Virus record (IMG/VR): IMGVR_UViG_3300037461_000497
Location: 1-39,251 of that record
From: a virus
Lineage: Duplodnaviria > Caudoviricetes
Reading direction: 5' to 3' (one strand)
Length of the DNA: 39,251 nt
Shown here: one piece after another, positions 32,584 to 39,251 of the stretch
Position numbering within the stretch: the stretch's first letter is position 1
Layout: every line of letters starts with the position of its first letter
Position numbers and translations under genes: made by a program
Notes under the pieces: model-generated
What the model saw: only the letters and a program-made list of their open reading frames with translations
Databases searched by the model: none
Told to the model about the DNA's origin: nothing

Positions 32584-33543
32584 TTAACTGCAGCCGGACA
32601 CCTTCGCCGAAGCGTCCGGGTTGAGCGCCTTGAGGGTGAACTCGGTCAGCACCAGCCGCTTCTCGGCATCGCCGGTCTTGGCCAGCTCGACCGTCTGCAT
32701 CGGCCGCAGGTAGGCGACCTCCCAGTAGTCCATGTCGAGGCAGTACACGTTGTTGGCCGGCATGAAGCGGTCGGCCACGATGTAGTGCGTCCCGAAGTCG
32801 GACACGTAGGTGTCGGCCGAGCCGATGATGACGCCAGGACCCACCTGCGGATTGTCGCGGTACTGGGTGGCAATGCCGGTGAAGCCGCTGATGGCCTGCT
32901 TCAGCGAGGCGTTTACCAGCACGAGCGACGCATCGCCACCGTCCTCCCAGGCCGCCGCAATGGCGCTGTTGAGCCGGCTGCTGACGAGCGCCGATACCGA
33001 CGTCGTAGTGAGCACGTCAACGAGGGGCGCACCGCTGGTCACTGGCGCAGTGCTGTAGTTGGTGACAACGGCCACGTTGTTGCCGAACAGCCACGGGCCG
33101 ACGCCAGCCAGCTTGCGCGCGCCGTCGATGGCGCCAGCGGTCGCGCCCTGGTTGCCGAGCAAGGTGTACTCCATGTCGCGCTTGAGTTCCCGGCTGCGCT
33201 TGAGGATCTGGTACTGCAGCTCGGAACCGCGCCCGGCCTTCTCTGACACATCGAGCGTGCCGGCGACAACGGGCACCTTCCACATGATCTGGCAATAGTT
33301 TGCCCAGCGCGTGGTCGGCGAGGCGGTCATGCCAACGGCATCGTCGCCCTCGATCCGCGGCACGTTGGTCGCGGCGGTCAGGCTGTCGGTCTGCCACTCG
33401 GTGTACTTCTGCGTGGTGCGACCACGCTTGGCGTTGGTGAGAAACGGCGTCTCGGTCGGCGAGATGTCGTAGATGATGTTGGCGAGGTCTTCCTTTACGC
33501 CAACGGCGGAATAACTGACGAAAGTCCCGGTAGGAACGGCCAT
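32584..33543 (-). CDS. Major capsid protein (DUF5309/SU10-like)
   Basis: EDLANIIYDISPTETPF, EWQTDSL, NYCQI, ELKRDME, YVSDFG, LAKTGDAEK; follows scaffold. Confidence 0.9.
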   Translation of the reverse strand: MAVPTGTFVSYSAVGVKEDLANIIYDISPTETPFLTNAKRGRTTQKYTEWQTDSLTAATNVPRIEGDDAVGMTASPTTRWANYCQIMWKVPVVAGTLDVSEKAGRGSELQYQILKRSRELKRDMEYTLLGNQGATAGAIDGARKLAGVGPWLFGNNVAVVTNYSTAPVTSGAPLVDVLTTTSVSALVSSRLNSAIAAAWEDGGDASLVLVNASLKQAISGFTGIATQYRDNPQVGPGVIIGSADTYVSDFGTHYIVADRFMPANNVYCLDMDYWEVAYLRPMQTVELAKTGDAEKRLVLTEFTLKALNPDASAKVSGCS

Positions 33544-33554
33544 TGCTTGTTACC

Positions 33555-34580
33555 TCATCGAATGTTGAAGAGCTTCATGGCGTCTTCGAGCTTGCCGGTC
33601 TTGCGCAACTGCGCGCGCGCCTGCTTGTAGCTGGCCTGCGCGCCGGCATTCGCGGCCTTCGGGACGCCCGGCTTGACGAACCTCTTCGGCGCCGGCTCGA
33701 CCTTCTTGTCGGCGACCGCCTTGGAGTTTCGCAACTGCTGCAGCGTGTAGCTGTCATCGAGGAGCTTGACGAACCGCGCGTCCCACACCTGCTTGGTGTC
33801 GGCCTCGGTGAACCCCAGTGCCAGCATGTGCTGCATCAACGCCTTGCCCTTCGCCATTCCCGTCTCAGGGTCCGCGAAGTCCGGGACCAGGGTTCTCACC
33901 AAGTCACGGTGGTAGGCCTTCACCTGCTCGAATGCCTGCTCCTGCTGCTGCGCCTGCTGCGCGAACGCCGCCTGCGCGTGCTGCATGGCCTCGGCCTTGA
34001 GCTTCTGAATCTGTGCTGCCTCTTCCTGCAGCTCGACACGTTTCGCCGTCCATTCGGCCGGGTCGGCCTCGCGCAGGGCATTCCAGTTGATCGCCGCGGC
34101 GCGCGACAGCAGGCGCTCCTCGGCGTTCTTCACCACGGCGTCCATCTCGATGGCGCGCTGGTGGATCAGCGCCAGCCGCTGGTTCTGCGCCTCCTGCGTG
34201 GCCTGCAGACGCGCCTGCTCGGCGTGCCGCAGCGCCTGCAGCTTGGCGCTCTCCTGGTAACCGTCCTTCCACTCGCCGAGCTTGACCTTGACCGGCTTGC
34301 CGTCCGCGTCGGTGATCGGCACCTTGATGTCGTACAGCTTGGCGACATCGACGTTCCAGGCCGCGGCCAGTTCCTCCAGGTCCTGCGGAAGCTCGGTCGC
34401 CGGCTCGGTGTCGGCCACCACGTCGGCGCCCTCCACCTGCGCGACCGGCTCGGCCGGCAGCTCGGGTTCGGGTTCGGGTGCCGGCGCAGGCGCCGCCGCC
34501 ACGGCCGGCTCGCGCTCGGGTTCGTCGGCCTGGGCGAAGAACGCGGCTAAACGCTCCTCAACGCTGGGCTTGTCGCTCAT
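33555..34580 (-). CDS. Capsid scaffolding protein
   Basis: Acidic Pro-rich N-terminus, INWNALREADP, LRKTGKLEDA C-terminus; before the capsid gene. Confidence 0.8.
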   Translation of the reverse strand: MSDKPSVEERLAAFFAQADEPEREPAVAAAPAPAPEPEPELPAEPVAQVEGADVVADTEPATELPQDLEELAAAWNVDVAKLYDIKVPITDADGKPVKVKLGEWKDGYQESAKLQALRHAEQARLQATQEAQNQRLALIHQRAIEMDAVVKNAEERLLSRAAAINWNALREADPAEWTAKRVELQEEAAQIQKLKAEAMQHAQAAFAQQAQQQEQAFEQVKAYHRDLVRTLVPDFADPETGMAKGKALMQHMLALGFTEADTKQVWDARFVKLLDDSYTLQQLRNSKAVADKKVEPAPKRFVKPGVPKAANAGAQASYKQARAQLRKTGKLEDAMKLFNIR

Positions 34581-34797
34581 GTTGCAATCTCTCCAGGGTG
34601 TCCGTTCTCAGGACGTGATCGAACTTGCGGCGCAGTCGCTGCACCGCCTTGTAGTCGCGCCAGGCCTCCTCGCGCGCTTCGGCCGTGAGGCCCTGCTGCC
34701 AGGCCGCCACCGCCTCGGCCTCGATGTCGTCGAGGTAAGCGCCGAACTCCTCCAGCAGGATGCGCACCCGTTCGGCGAGCGCCGCGGTGTCAGCCAC
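34558..34797 (-). CDS. Small head-module protein of the type usually found between portal and scaffold
   Basis: AAW...REEAW helical pattern; overlaps scaffold start. Confidence 0.65.
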   Translation of the reverse strand: MADTAALAERVRILLEEFGAYLDDIEAEAVAAWQQGLTAEAREEAWRDYKAVQRLRRKFDHVLRTDTLERLQHERQAQR

Positions 34798-34933
34798 GCT
34801 TGGGCGCCTTCTTCCACGAGCCGCTGGCCGTGCGCGGCGGCTTGACCGGCGGCCGGTGGGTTACCAGCTTCTTGCGGTCGCGGTCGCCGATCAGCGCCTT
34901 GATGCGCGGATCAATCGAGCTTGAGGATGCCAT
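34790..34933 (-). CDS. 47-aa basic peptide (...DPRIKALIGDRDRKKLVTHRPPVKPPR...)
   Basis: Translated by hand; fills the gap; start uncertain. Confidence 0.35.
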   Translation of the reverse strand: MASSSSIDPRIKALIGDRDRKKLVTHRPPVKPPRTASGSWKKAPKRG

Positions 34934-35339
34934 TGGCGTTCCAGCTCAGGGTGAGGGTGTTGCCGTCGCTGACCGTGACGCTGGCCGGCGAGTTGTCGAT
35001 CAGGCCGTAGGCCACCAAACAGTCGCCGGTCGGCGTGTCGTCGATCAGCACCCAGTAGTGCGCCGTGAAGGCCGCGCCGCTGGCCGTCCACACCACGTTG
35101 GCCGCGCTCCAGGCGATGGCCGAGCCGGTCTGCGCCAGCGCGAGGCTGCCAAGCGTGGCGCGCGCGTAGCCGCCGGCCGCCACCTCGTTGGTCAACTGCG
35201 TGGTCACCGAGTGGTCGGCGCCGGGCGTGTAGCCGCTCTGCAGCAGCGCGACCAGGAAGGTGTCGGAGTCGAAGTCGATCTCCTTGTTCAGCAGCCGCTG
35301 CTTGAATTTCGTGTAGAAGTTGATTGTTCCGGTTGCCAT
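34911..35339 (-). CDS. Virion structural protein (fibre base/decoration)
   Basis: IDFDSDTFLVALL, TNEV..GGYAR, TLTLSWNANGI. Confidence 0.7.
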   Translation of the reverse strand: MATGTINFYTKFKQRLLNKEIDFDSDTFLVALLQSGYTPGADHSVTTQLTNEVAAGGYARATLGSLALAQTGSAIAWSAANVVWTASGAAFTAHYWVLIDDTPTGDCLVAYGLIDNSPASVTVSDGNTLTLSWNANGILKLD

Positions 35340-36910
35340 CAGTGCCTCCAGGCTCTGCCAATGAGGAGCAAAACCTCCTCGTCGTCGTCCAGCAGTTGCT
35401 GCAGCTCGCGCTGCAGTTCCGCCTCAGCCCGGCGCCGTTGCTTGAGCATCCGGGTAATGTCGGCCTTGCGTTGCGCGATCCGCGGCACCGGCTCGGCCTG
35501 CGCCTGCGCAACTTCGAGCGCCTGCTCGGCCTCGCGCAGCAGCGCGTTGAGCAGTTGCGCCTGCTCGGCCGCCGTGCGCGTCTTGTAGACCCGGCCGCGG
35601 TACAGCAGGCGCCGCCAGCGCCGGCCGACGCCACCGCCGCGCCTGGGCGCCAGGATCGCCGTGCCGCCGATGGTCTGAGGCGCCAGGCCGGTCAGCACCA
35701 GCGTGGCGAGCGGAATCAGCGACCGATCCACGCGCACGGCGGTGACCGGCGCGTTGCCCGTCAGGCTGAGTGTGCCGGTTGGGATCAGCGCCGCGGCCAC
35801 GCCCAGCAGGCTGGTCGGCGCGTAGCCGGTCAAGGCCAGCGCGCCGGTCGGGACCTCGGTCGGCGTATCGACCGCAGACGTGCTGGTCGGCGCGTTGCCG
35901 GTCAGCGCCAGATCGCCGCGCGGCAGGTAGCTGGTCGCGACGCCGAGCGTCGACTCGGGCGGCAGGCCCGTGAGCGTTATGTCGCCACGCGGCAGGTAGC
36001 TGCGCGCGACGTACACCGCGCTGTCGGGTGCGTTGCCGGTCAGCGACAGGTCGGCGCGCGGAATCTCGCTGGTGATGTGCGCGCTTGCCGCGACCAGGCT
36101 GGTCAGTTCGTTGCCGGTCAGCGTCAGGGCGCCGCGCGGAATCAGCGAGTAGCTGACCGCGACACCGCTGGTCGGCGCGTAGCCGGTGAGGGTCAGGCTG
36201 CCGGACGGCAGCAGTGCCTTACTGACGCCGGTCGCGCTGGTCGGCGTCAGGCCGGATAAGGTCAGCGCGCCTAGCGCAACTGCGCTTGTCGTTGCCGTAG
36301 CCGGCGCACTACTCGGCGCCGTGTCGCCGTTGGTGCCGACGCCGAAAGTATCGAATGATGCAGCGTAGCCGTTCGGTTGGTAATAGGCCGGGCCAAGCCA
36401 GCCACTACTACTGATGCTGCTGTCGTCGGTGACGGTGACAGTGCCTAACGGGCTCGATTCATCTCCATCCGTCGCCCAGATTTTCGCGACCAGATCGTTG
36501 CCATTTACGCGAAAGCGAATGTTGTAATAGGTGTCGTTTGATAGCGTGACCGCTGCGCTACCCAGGGAAGTGCCGGATTCCGACGCATTGAAATAATAGA
36601 TGCGGAGCGTCGTGCCACTTACAGCGACCGTATAGCACGTCGGTGATCCGGCGGAACCCGAGCCGCGGATAAAGCCGCAATGATGCCGATTACCGAGATT
36701 TGAGCTTTTCCATTGGAACAGTAGATCTACATCATCATCGTCGCCAACCGTGTCCCAGGAAACGCCGCAAAAAAGAAAGTTGGCGCTGGAAGTATCGGCA
36801 GATAGCACGCCTGACGACACGGCCCAGTCAGTGTCCGGCGTGTCCCATCGTCGGGTCCAGGTAGACCCGATCGAGAAGCCGGAAAAGTCGTCTGTGAAGT
36901 ACTGGGCCAC
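35339..36910 (-). CDS. Fibre-like protein: N-terminal lectin-like domain, nine ~23-aa PxGxLxLTGxAP repeats, C-terminal coiled coil ending DDDEEVLLL
   Basis: Repeats at about 35665-36296; N-terminal domain has lower GC. Confidence 0.7.
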   Translation of the reverse strand: MAQYFTDDFSGFSIGSTWTRRWDTPDTDWAVSSGVLSADTSSANFLFCGVSWDTVGDDDDVDLLFQWKSSNLGNRHHCGFIRGSGSAGSPTCYTVAVSGTTLRIYYFNASESGTSLGSAAVTLSNDTYYNIRFRVNGNDLVAKIWATDGDESSPLGTVTVTDDSSISSSGWLGPAYYQPNGYAASFDTFGVGTNGDTAPSSAPATATTSAVALGALTLSGLTPTSATGVSKALLPSGSLTLTGYAPTSGVAVSYSLIPRGALTLTGNELTSLVAASAHITSEIPRADLSLTGNAPDSAVYVARSYLPRGDITLTGLPPESTLGVATSYLPRGDLALTGNAPTSTSAVDTPTEVPTGALALTGYAPTSLLGVAAALIPTGTLSLTGNAPVTAVRVDRSLIPLATLVLTGLAPQTIGGTAILAPRRGGGVGRRWRRLLYRGRVYKTRTAAEQAQLLNALLREAEQALEVAQAQAEPVPRIAQRKADITRMLKQRRRAEAELQRELQQLLDDDEEVLLLIGRAWRH

Positions 36911-36913
36911 GAT

Positions 36914-37297
36914 TTAGAAGTCGCTTACGTCGCTCGCCTCGACATTCATCGTCGGCTGATTCTGTTTGCCGATAGTGCCGATCAGGTCGCGCATCCTGGT
37001 GCCAACGGTGATTTTCGACAAATCGACGCCGAAAGACTCAAGCCGCGATCTGAGGGTCATGCGTTCTTGGGCTGGCACCGCGTTGAAGGCGGTATCAAGC
37101 GTTAGATCCGGCAGCACGACACAGGCGCTGTCTGCGTTAATCGCAGTCAGGTCTTTCACGCCAACTTGGCAAAGCGTCCACTTCCCTGCTGCGTAATCCT
37201 TCGGCGGATAGGAACGGAAATTCTCCGTAAACCGCGATACAGCGGGCTCGATGTTGCCGTCGATTAGCTCCAGCTTGCACACAACCCATCGCTTCAT
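36914..37297 (-). CDS. Hypothetical protein
   Basis: 127-aa ORF with lower GC, next to the fibre gene. Confidence 0.65.
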   Translation of the reverse strand: MKRWVVCKLELIDGNIEPAVSRFTENFRSYPPKDYAAGKWTLCQVGVKDLTAINADSACVVLPDLTLDTAFNAVPAQERMTLRSRLESFGVDLSKITVGTRMRDLIGTIGKQNQPTMNVEASDVSDF

Positions 37298-37298
37298 C

Positions 37299-37400
37299 TC
37301 AGCACGTCCTCACGATAATGGCCTCGGGCCACAGGATCGGCCACGGCGGCAGCAGCGGCGGCTGCGGCAGGAAGTACCAGGCCAACAGCAGCGCGGTCAT
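37299..37400 (-). CDS. 33-aa Pro-rich hydrophobic peptide
   Basis: ATGA overlap; GAGGAG RBS. Confidence 0.4.
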   Translation of the reverse strand: MTALLLAWYFLPQPPLLPPWPILWPEAIIVRTC

Positions 37401-37660
37401 TCGGTCAGCTCCTCGACCACGGCGCGGCACTCGCGCAGCGCCGACTGCAGGATCACATCGCGCTCGGCGAGGCGCAGGTACACCGCGTCGGTCAGGCACG
37501 ACAGTTCCACCGCGCTCACCGCCGGCAGCACTGGCTCGGGCAGATCGACAATCGGCTTGACGCACCCGGCCGGCGCGCAGCCGCTCAGCGCCCAGGCCAG
37601 GCTGACGACCACGATCAGGAGGATCGCAGTCCACATGGTCAGGGCGTCATCCGGCTCCAT
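37397..37660 (-). CDS. Outer-membrane lipoprotein, o-spanin (Rz1-like)
   Basis: Signal peptide with LSGC lipobox, Pro-rich stretch, additional Cys. Confidence 0.65.
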   Translation of the reverse strand: MEPDDALTMWTAILLIVVVSLAWALSGCAPAGCVKPIVDLPEPVLPAVSAVELSCLTDAVYLRLAERDVILQSALRECRAVVEELTE

Positions 37661-37802
37661 TGGTCCCCAGCACCTCGGTCACGCGGCGATCCCAGGATGA
37701 CGACAGGTGACTGCCGCCGTTGCGGTGCCGCCAGATTTCCTCAAGCAGCTCACGCAGCAGGCGCACCTCGCGCAGCAGGGCGGCGGTGGCGGCGTCGGTC
37801 AC
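37647..37802 (-). CDS. 51-aa hypothetical protein between the spanin genes
   Basis: GTGA overlap with the i-spanin stop. Confidence 0.5.
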   Translation of the reverse strand: MTDAATAALLREVRLLRELLEEIWRHRNGGSHLSSSWDRRVTEVLGTNGAG

Positions 37803-38077
37803 GGTCCGTATCCCTGCTCGAAATGGTCGCGCTTGCGCGCGTCCAGTTCCTCGCGCCACTCGCGTTCCCTAGCCCGCACGCGGCTGATCCGCTCGGCGAT
37901 ACGCTTCTCCGACCGCCGCGCGGCTGCGAGCGCATCGGCCCGCTGGCTGGCCCGCGATGCCTTGGCGCTCGCCATTCGCCACGCTACCCACAGGCCGCCC
38001 AGTGCGAGCAGGCCCGCCAGGGCGATGGCGCCGTAGATTTTGAGCCGCAGTGGCAGCAGCGCGAGCCAGGCGATCAC
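37799..38077 (-). CDS. i-spanin (Rz-like)
   Basis: N-terminal transmembrane segment then coiled coil. Confidence 0.65.
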   Translation of the reverse strand: MIAWLALLPLRLKIYGAIALAGLLALGGLWVAWRMASAKASRASQRADALAAARRSEKRIAERISRVRAREREWREELDARKRDHFEQGYGP

Positions 38078-38220
38078 TTAGCGTCTCCACCGACGACCCA
38101 CGCCACGAGAAGGGAGAAACCGAGCCACCCGACGAGCAACCAGCCATGCAGGTCCGTCAGCACGTCCCACGCTGCCAGCAGGTACGGGTCCAGCCACATT
38201 GCCGGGTGACTCGGTGCCAT
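38074..38220 (-). CDS. 48-aa membrane protein (holin candidate)
   Basis: MAPSHPAMWLDPYLLAAW...GWLLVGWLGFSLLVAWVVGG; abuts both neighbours. Confidence 0.45.
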   Translation of the reverse strand: MAPSHPAMWLDPYLLAAWDVLTDLHGWLLVGWLGFSLLVAWVVGGDAK

Positions 38221-38778
38221 TTACGCCTTCTTCACGATGGTCGATCCGGTAGGAGCCTGATAGTTCGACCCCGGCACTGAGGTTTCCGGCAGATCGAGCA
38301 GAGGGCGCTCGGTCATCTCGTTGAGCAACTTCTCGATGACCGTCAGGTTGTTGATAGCGCGCTCGTGATCCTTCGGGTGCAGGCCGCCGGCATGGGCCGC
38401 CGACTGCGACTTGGCCAGCTCGACCGCCGTGATGAGCCAGTACTCGGCGAGCAGTTGCGTCGATTCGTTGATCGGCACTTCCTCGCCGTTCACCGACGTG
38501 GTGAACGTCACGTAGGGCTCCTCGAAGTTGATGTCGAGGCGGATCGGGTGCGTCGCCGGCTGGTCCGGCTCGGGCTTGCTGGCGATGGCATTGACCAGGC
38601 CGGTCGCGTAGGCGAGATAGTCGCGCTGCCGCTTGATGGCGTGGTCGGTCAGCCCCTGGCTGTAGGCCGACGACGCCTCCTTGGCAATCGTCTTGCCGTA
38701 TTCAAACAGCGTTTTGCAGACAGAACGCAACTCGGCGTTCCTGTTAGCGTATGTAACGAAGAGTTCTGATAGCGCCAT
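38221..38778 (-). CDS. 185-aa hypothetical helical protein with two-fold internal repeat
   Basis: AKEASSAYSQGL...PEPDQPAT aligns with AKSQSAAHAGGL...PLLDLPET; GAGGTG RBS. Confidence 0.75.
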   Translation of the reverse strand: MALSELFVTYANRNAELRSVCKTLFEYGKTIAKEASSAYSQGLTDHAIKRQRDYLAYATGLVNAIASKPEPDQPATHPIRLDINFEEPYVTFTTSVNGEEVPINESTQLLAEYWLITAVELAKSQSAAHAGGLHPKDHERAINNLTVIEKLLNEMTERPLLDLPETSVPGSNYQAPTGSTIVKKA

Positions 38779-38876
38779 GTGTCACCTCGTTGGTGTCAGG
38801 TGGACCGGCAACCCCAGAGGGGCTTTCGGCAACGAGGCAAACCTAGCCGGTCCATTGTCGGCCTGCCTCTCGATTC
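38779..38876 (-). ncRNA. Putative structured cis-regulatory RNA (anti-SD pseudoknot/switch)
   Basis: 9-bp stem 38854-38846/38809-38801; loop segment complementary to both neighbouring RBSs. Confidence 0.45.
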
Positions 38877-39134
38877 TCAGCGCGCGAACTTGTCCTCTTT
38901 GTCCGGCTTGCCGCCGGCCCGCTTGCCTTTCACTTCCTCGGCGATCTCATTGCCCATACCGAGCAGCAACTGAGCCAGCGCCGGGATGGCGACCGCCTGC
39001 AGGTTCTGCATGTACTCGTACTTCATGTCGAAGTACTCCTGCACCGTGCGGCTGAACGGCGTGGGTTCGCCGGTCGTCGCGTCGCGGATGTCGAGGATGA
39101 TGCTTACGTTGTATCTGCTGTTCTCGTCGGCCAT
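38877..39134 (-). CDS. 85-aa hypothetical protein
   Basis: GAGG RBS; continues the late operon across the circular junction. Confidence 0.7.
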   Translation of the reverse strand: MADENSRYNVSIILDIRDATTGEPTPFSRTVQEYFDMKYEYMQNLQAVAIPALAQLLLGMGNEIAEEVKGKRAGGKPDKEDKFAR

Positions 39135-39251
39135 GTTTGCCTCGCTAGTTAAATGCCTCGTTGACGGCCTGCCAGTGCTCCAGCGCCGCCGCCTGTTCTG
39201 CCGGCGTGCCGTGCCGGCTGATGTAGCGGAGCATGAAGGCCAGGAACTCCA
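39125..39251. repeat. Terminal direct repeat, right copy
   Basis: Identical to 1-127. Confidence 0.95.

Noticed and set aside
38810-38845. GGCAAACC and GAAA resembling a c-di-GMP-I riboswitch, or an HDV-like ribozyme
   Set aside because: Conserved elements are on mismatched strands or in the wrong order; no GG after the P1-like stem
39125-39251. 127-bp terminal repeat as a biological phage DTR
   Set aside because: 127 is a common assembler k-mer length and the repeat cuts through genes; best read as a circular assembly overlap
1-39251. CRISPR arrays, tRNA or rRNA genes, IS elements
   Set aside because: None recognised by eye; tRNAscan-SE and CRISPR finders were not run

Overview
The window is an apparently complete circular genome (39,124 bp plus a 127-bp terminal duplication, most likely an assembly overlap) of a GC-rich temperate podovirus-type tailed phage. 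The host is probably a proteobacterium. The regulatory layout is lambdoid. A cI/cro switch (about 9.2-10.0 kb) has two TTGACA-17-TAGCAT promoters and WAGGC-N3-GCCTW operators. A plus-strand early arm encodes Erf, a YqaJ exonuclease, an SSB-like protein, a lipoprotein, a DUF4224 Xis-like protein and a tyrosine integrase, followed by an intact attP-like site. The minus-strand arm encodes two HNH proteins, a DUF1376 initiator with an internal origin, RusA and a Q-like protein. The late operon runs across the contig junction: terminase, portal, lysis genes, fibre genes, scaffold, DUF5309 capsid, adaptor, fibres, nozzle, ejection proteins and a polyvalent LPD23/zincin/ART-like protein. The most notable items are: (1) a five-enzyme glycosylation/tailoring cassette (TPR-GT, radical SAM/SPASM, GT8-like, methyltransferase, GT-B) between the capsid and adaptor genes; (2) an intergenic RNA element whose loop is complementary to the ribosome-binding sites of both flanking genes; (3) a chromosomal-type parS site in a phage with no par genes; (4) a leaderless antisense membrane mini-gene among the ejection genes; (5) repeated socket-plus-variable-domain receptor-binding gene pairs. 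All family assignments come from motif recognition by eye; no database searches were run.
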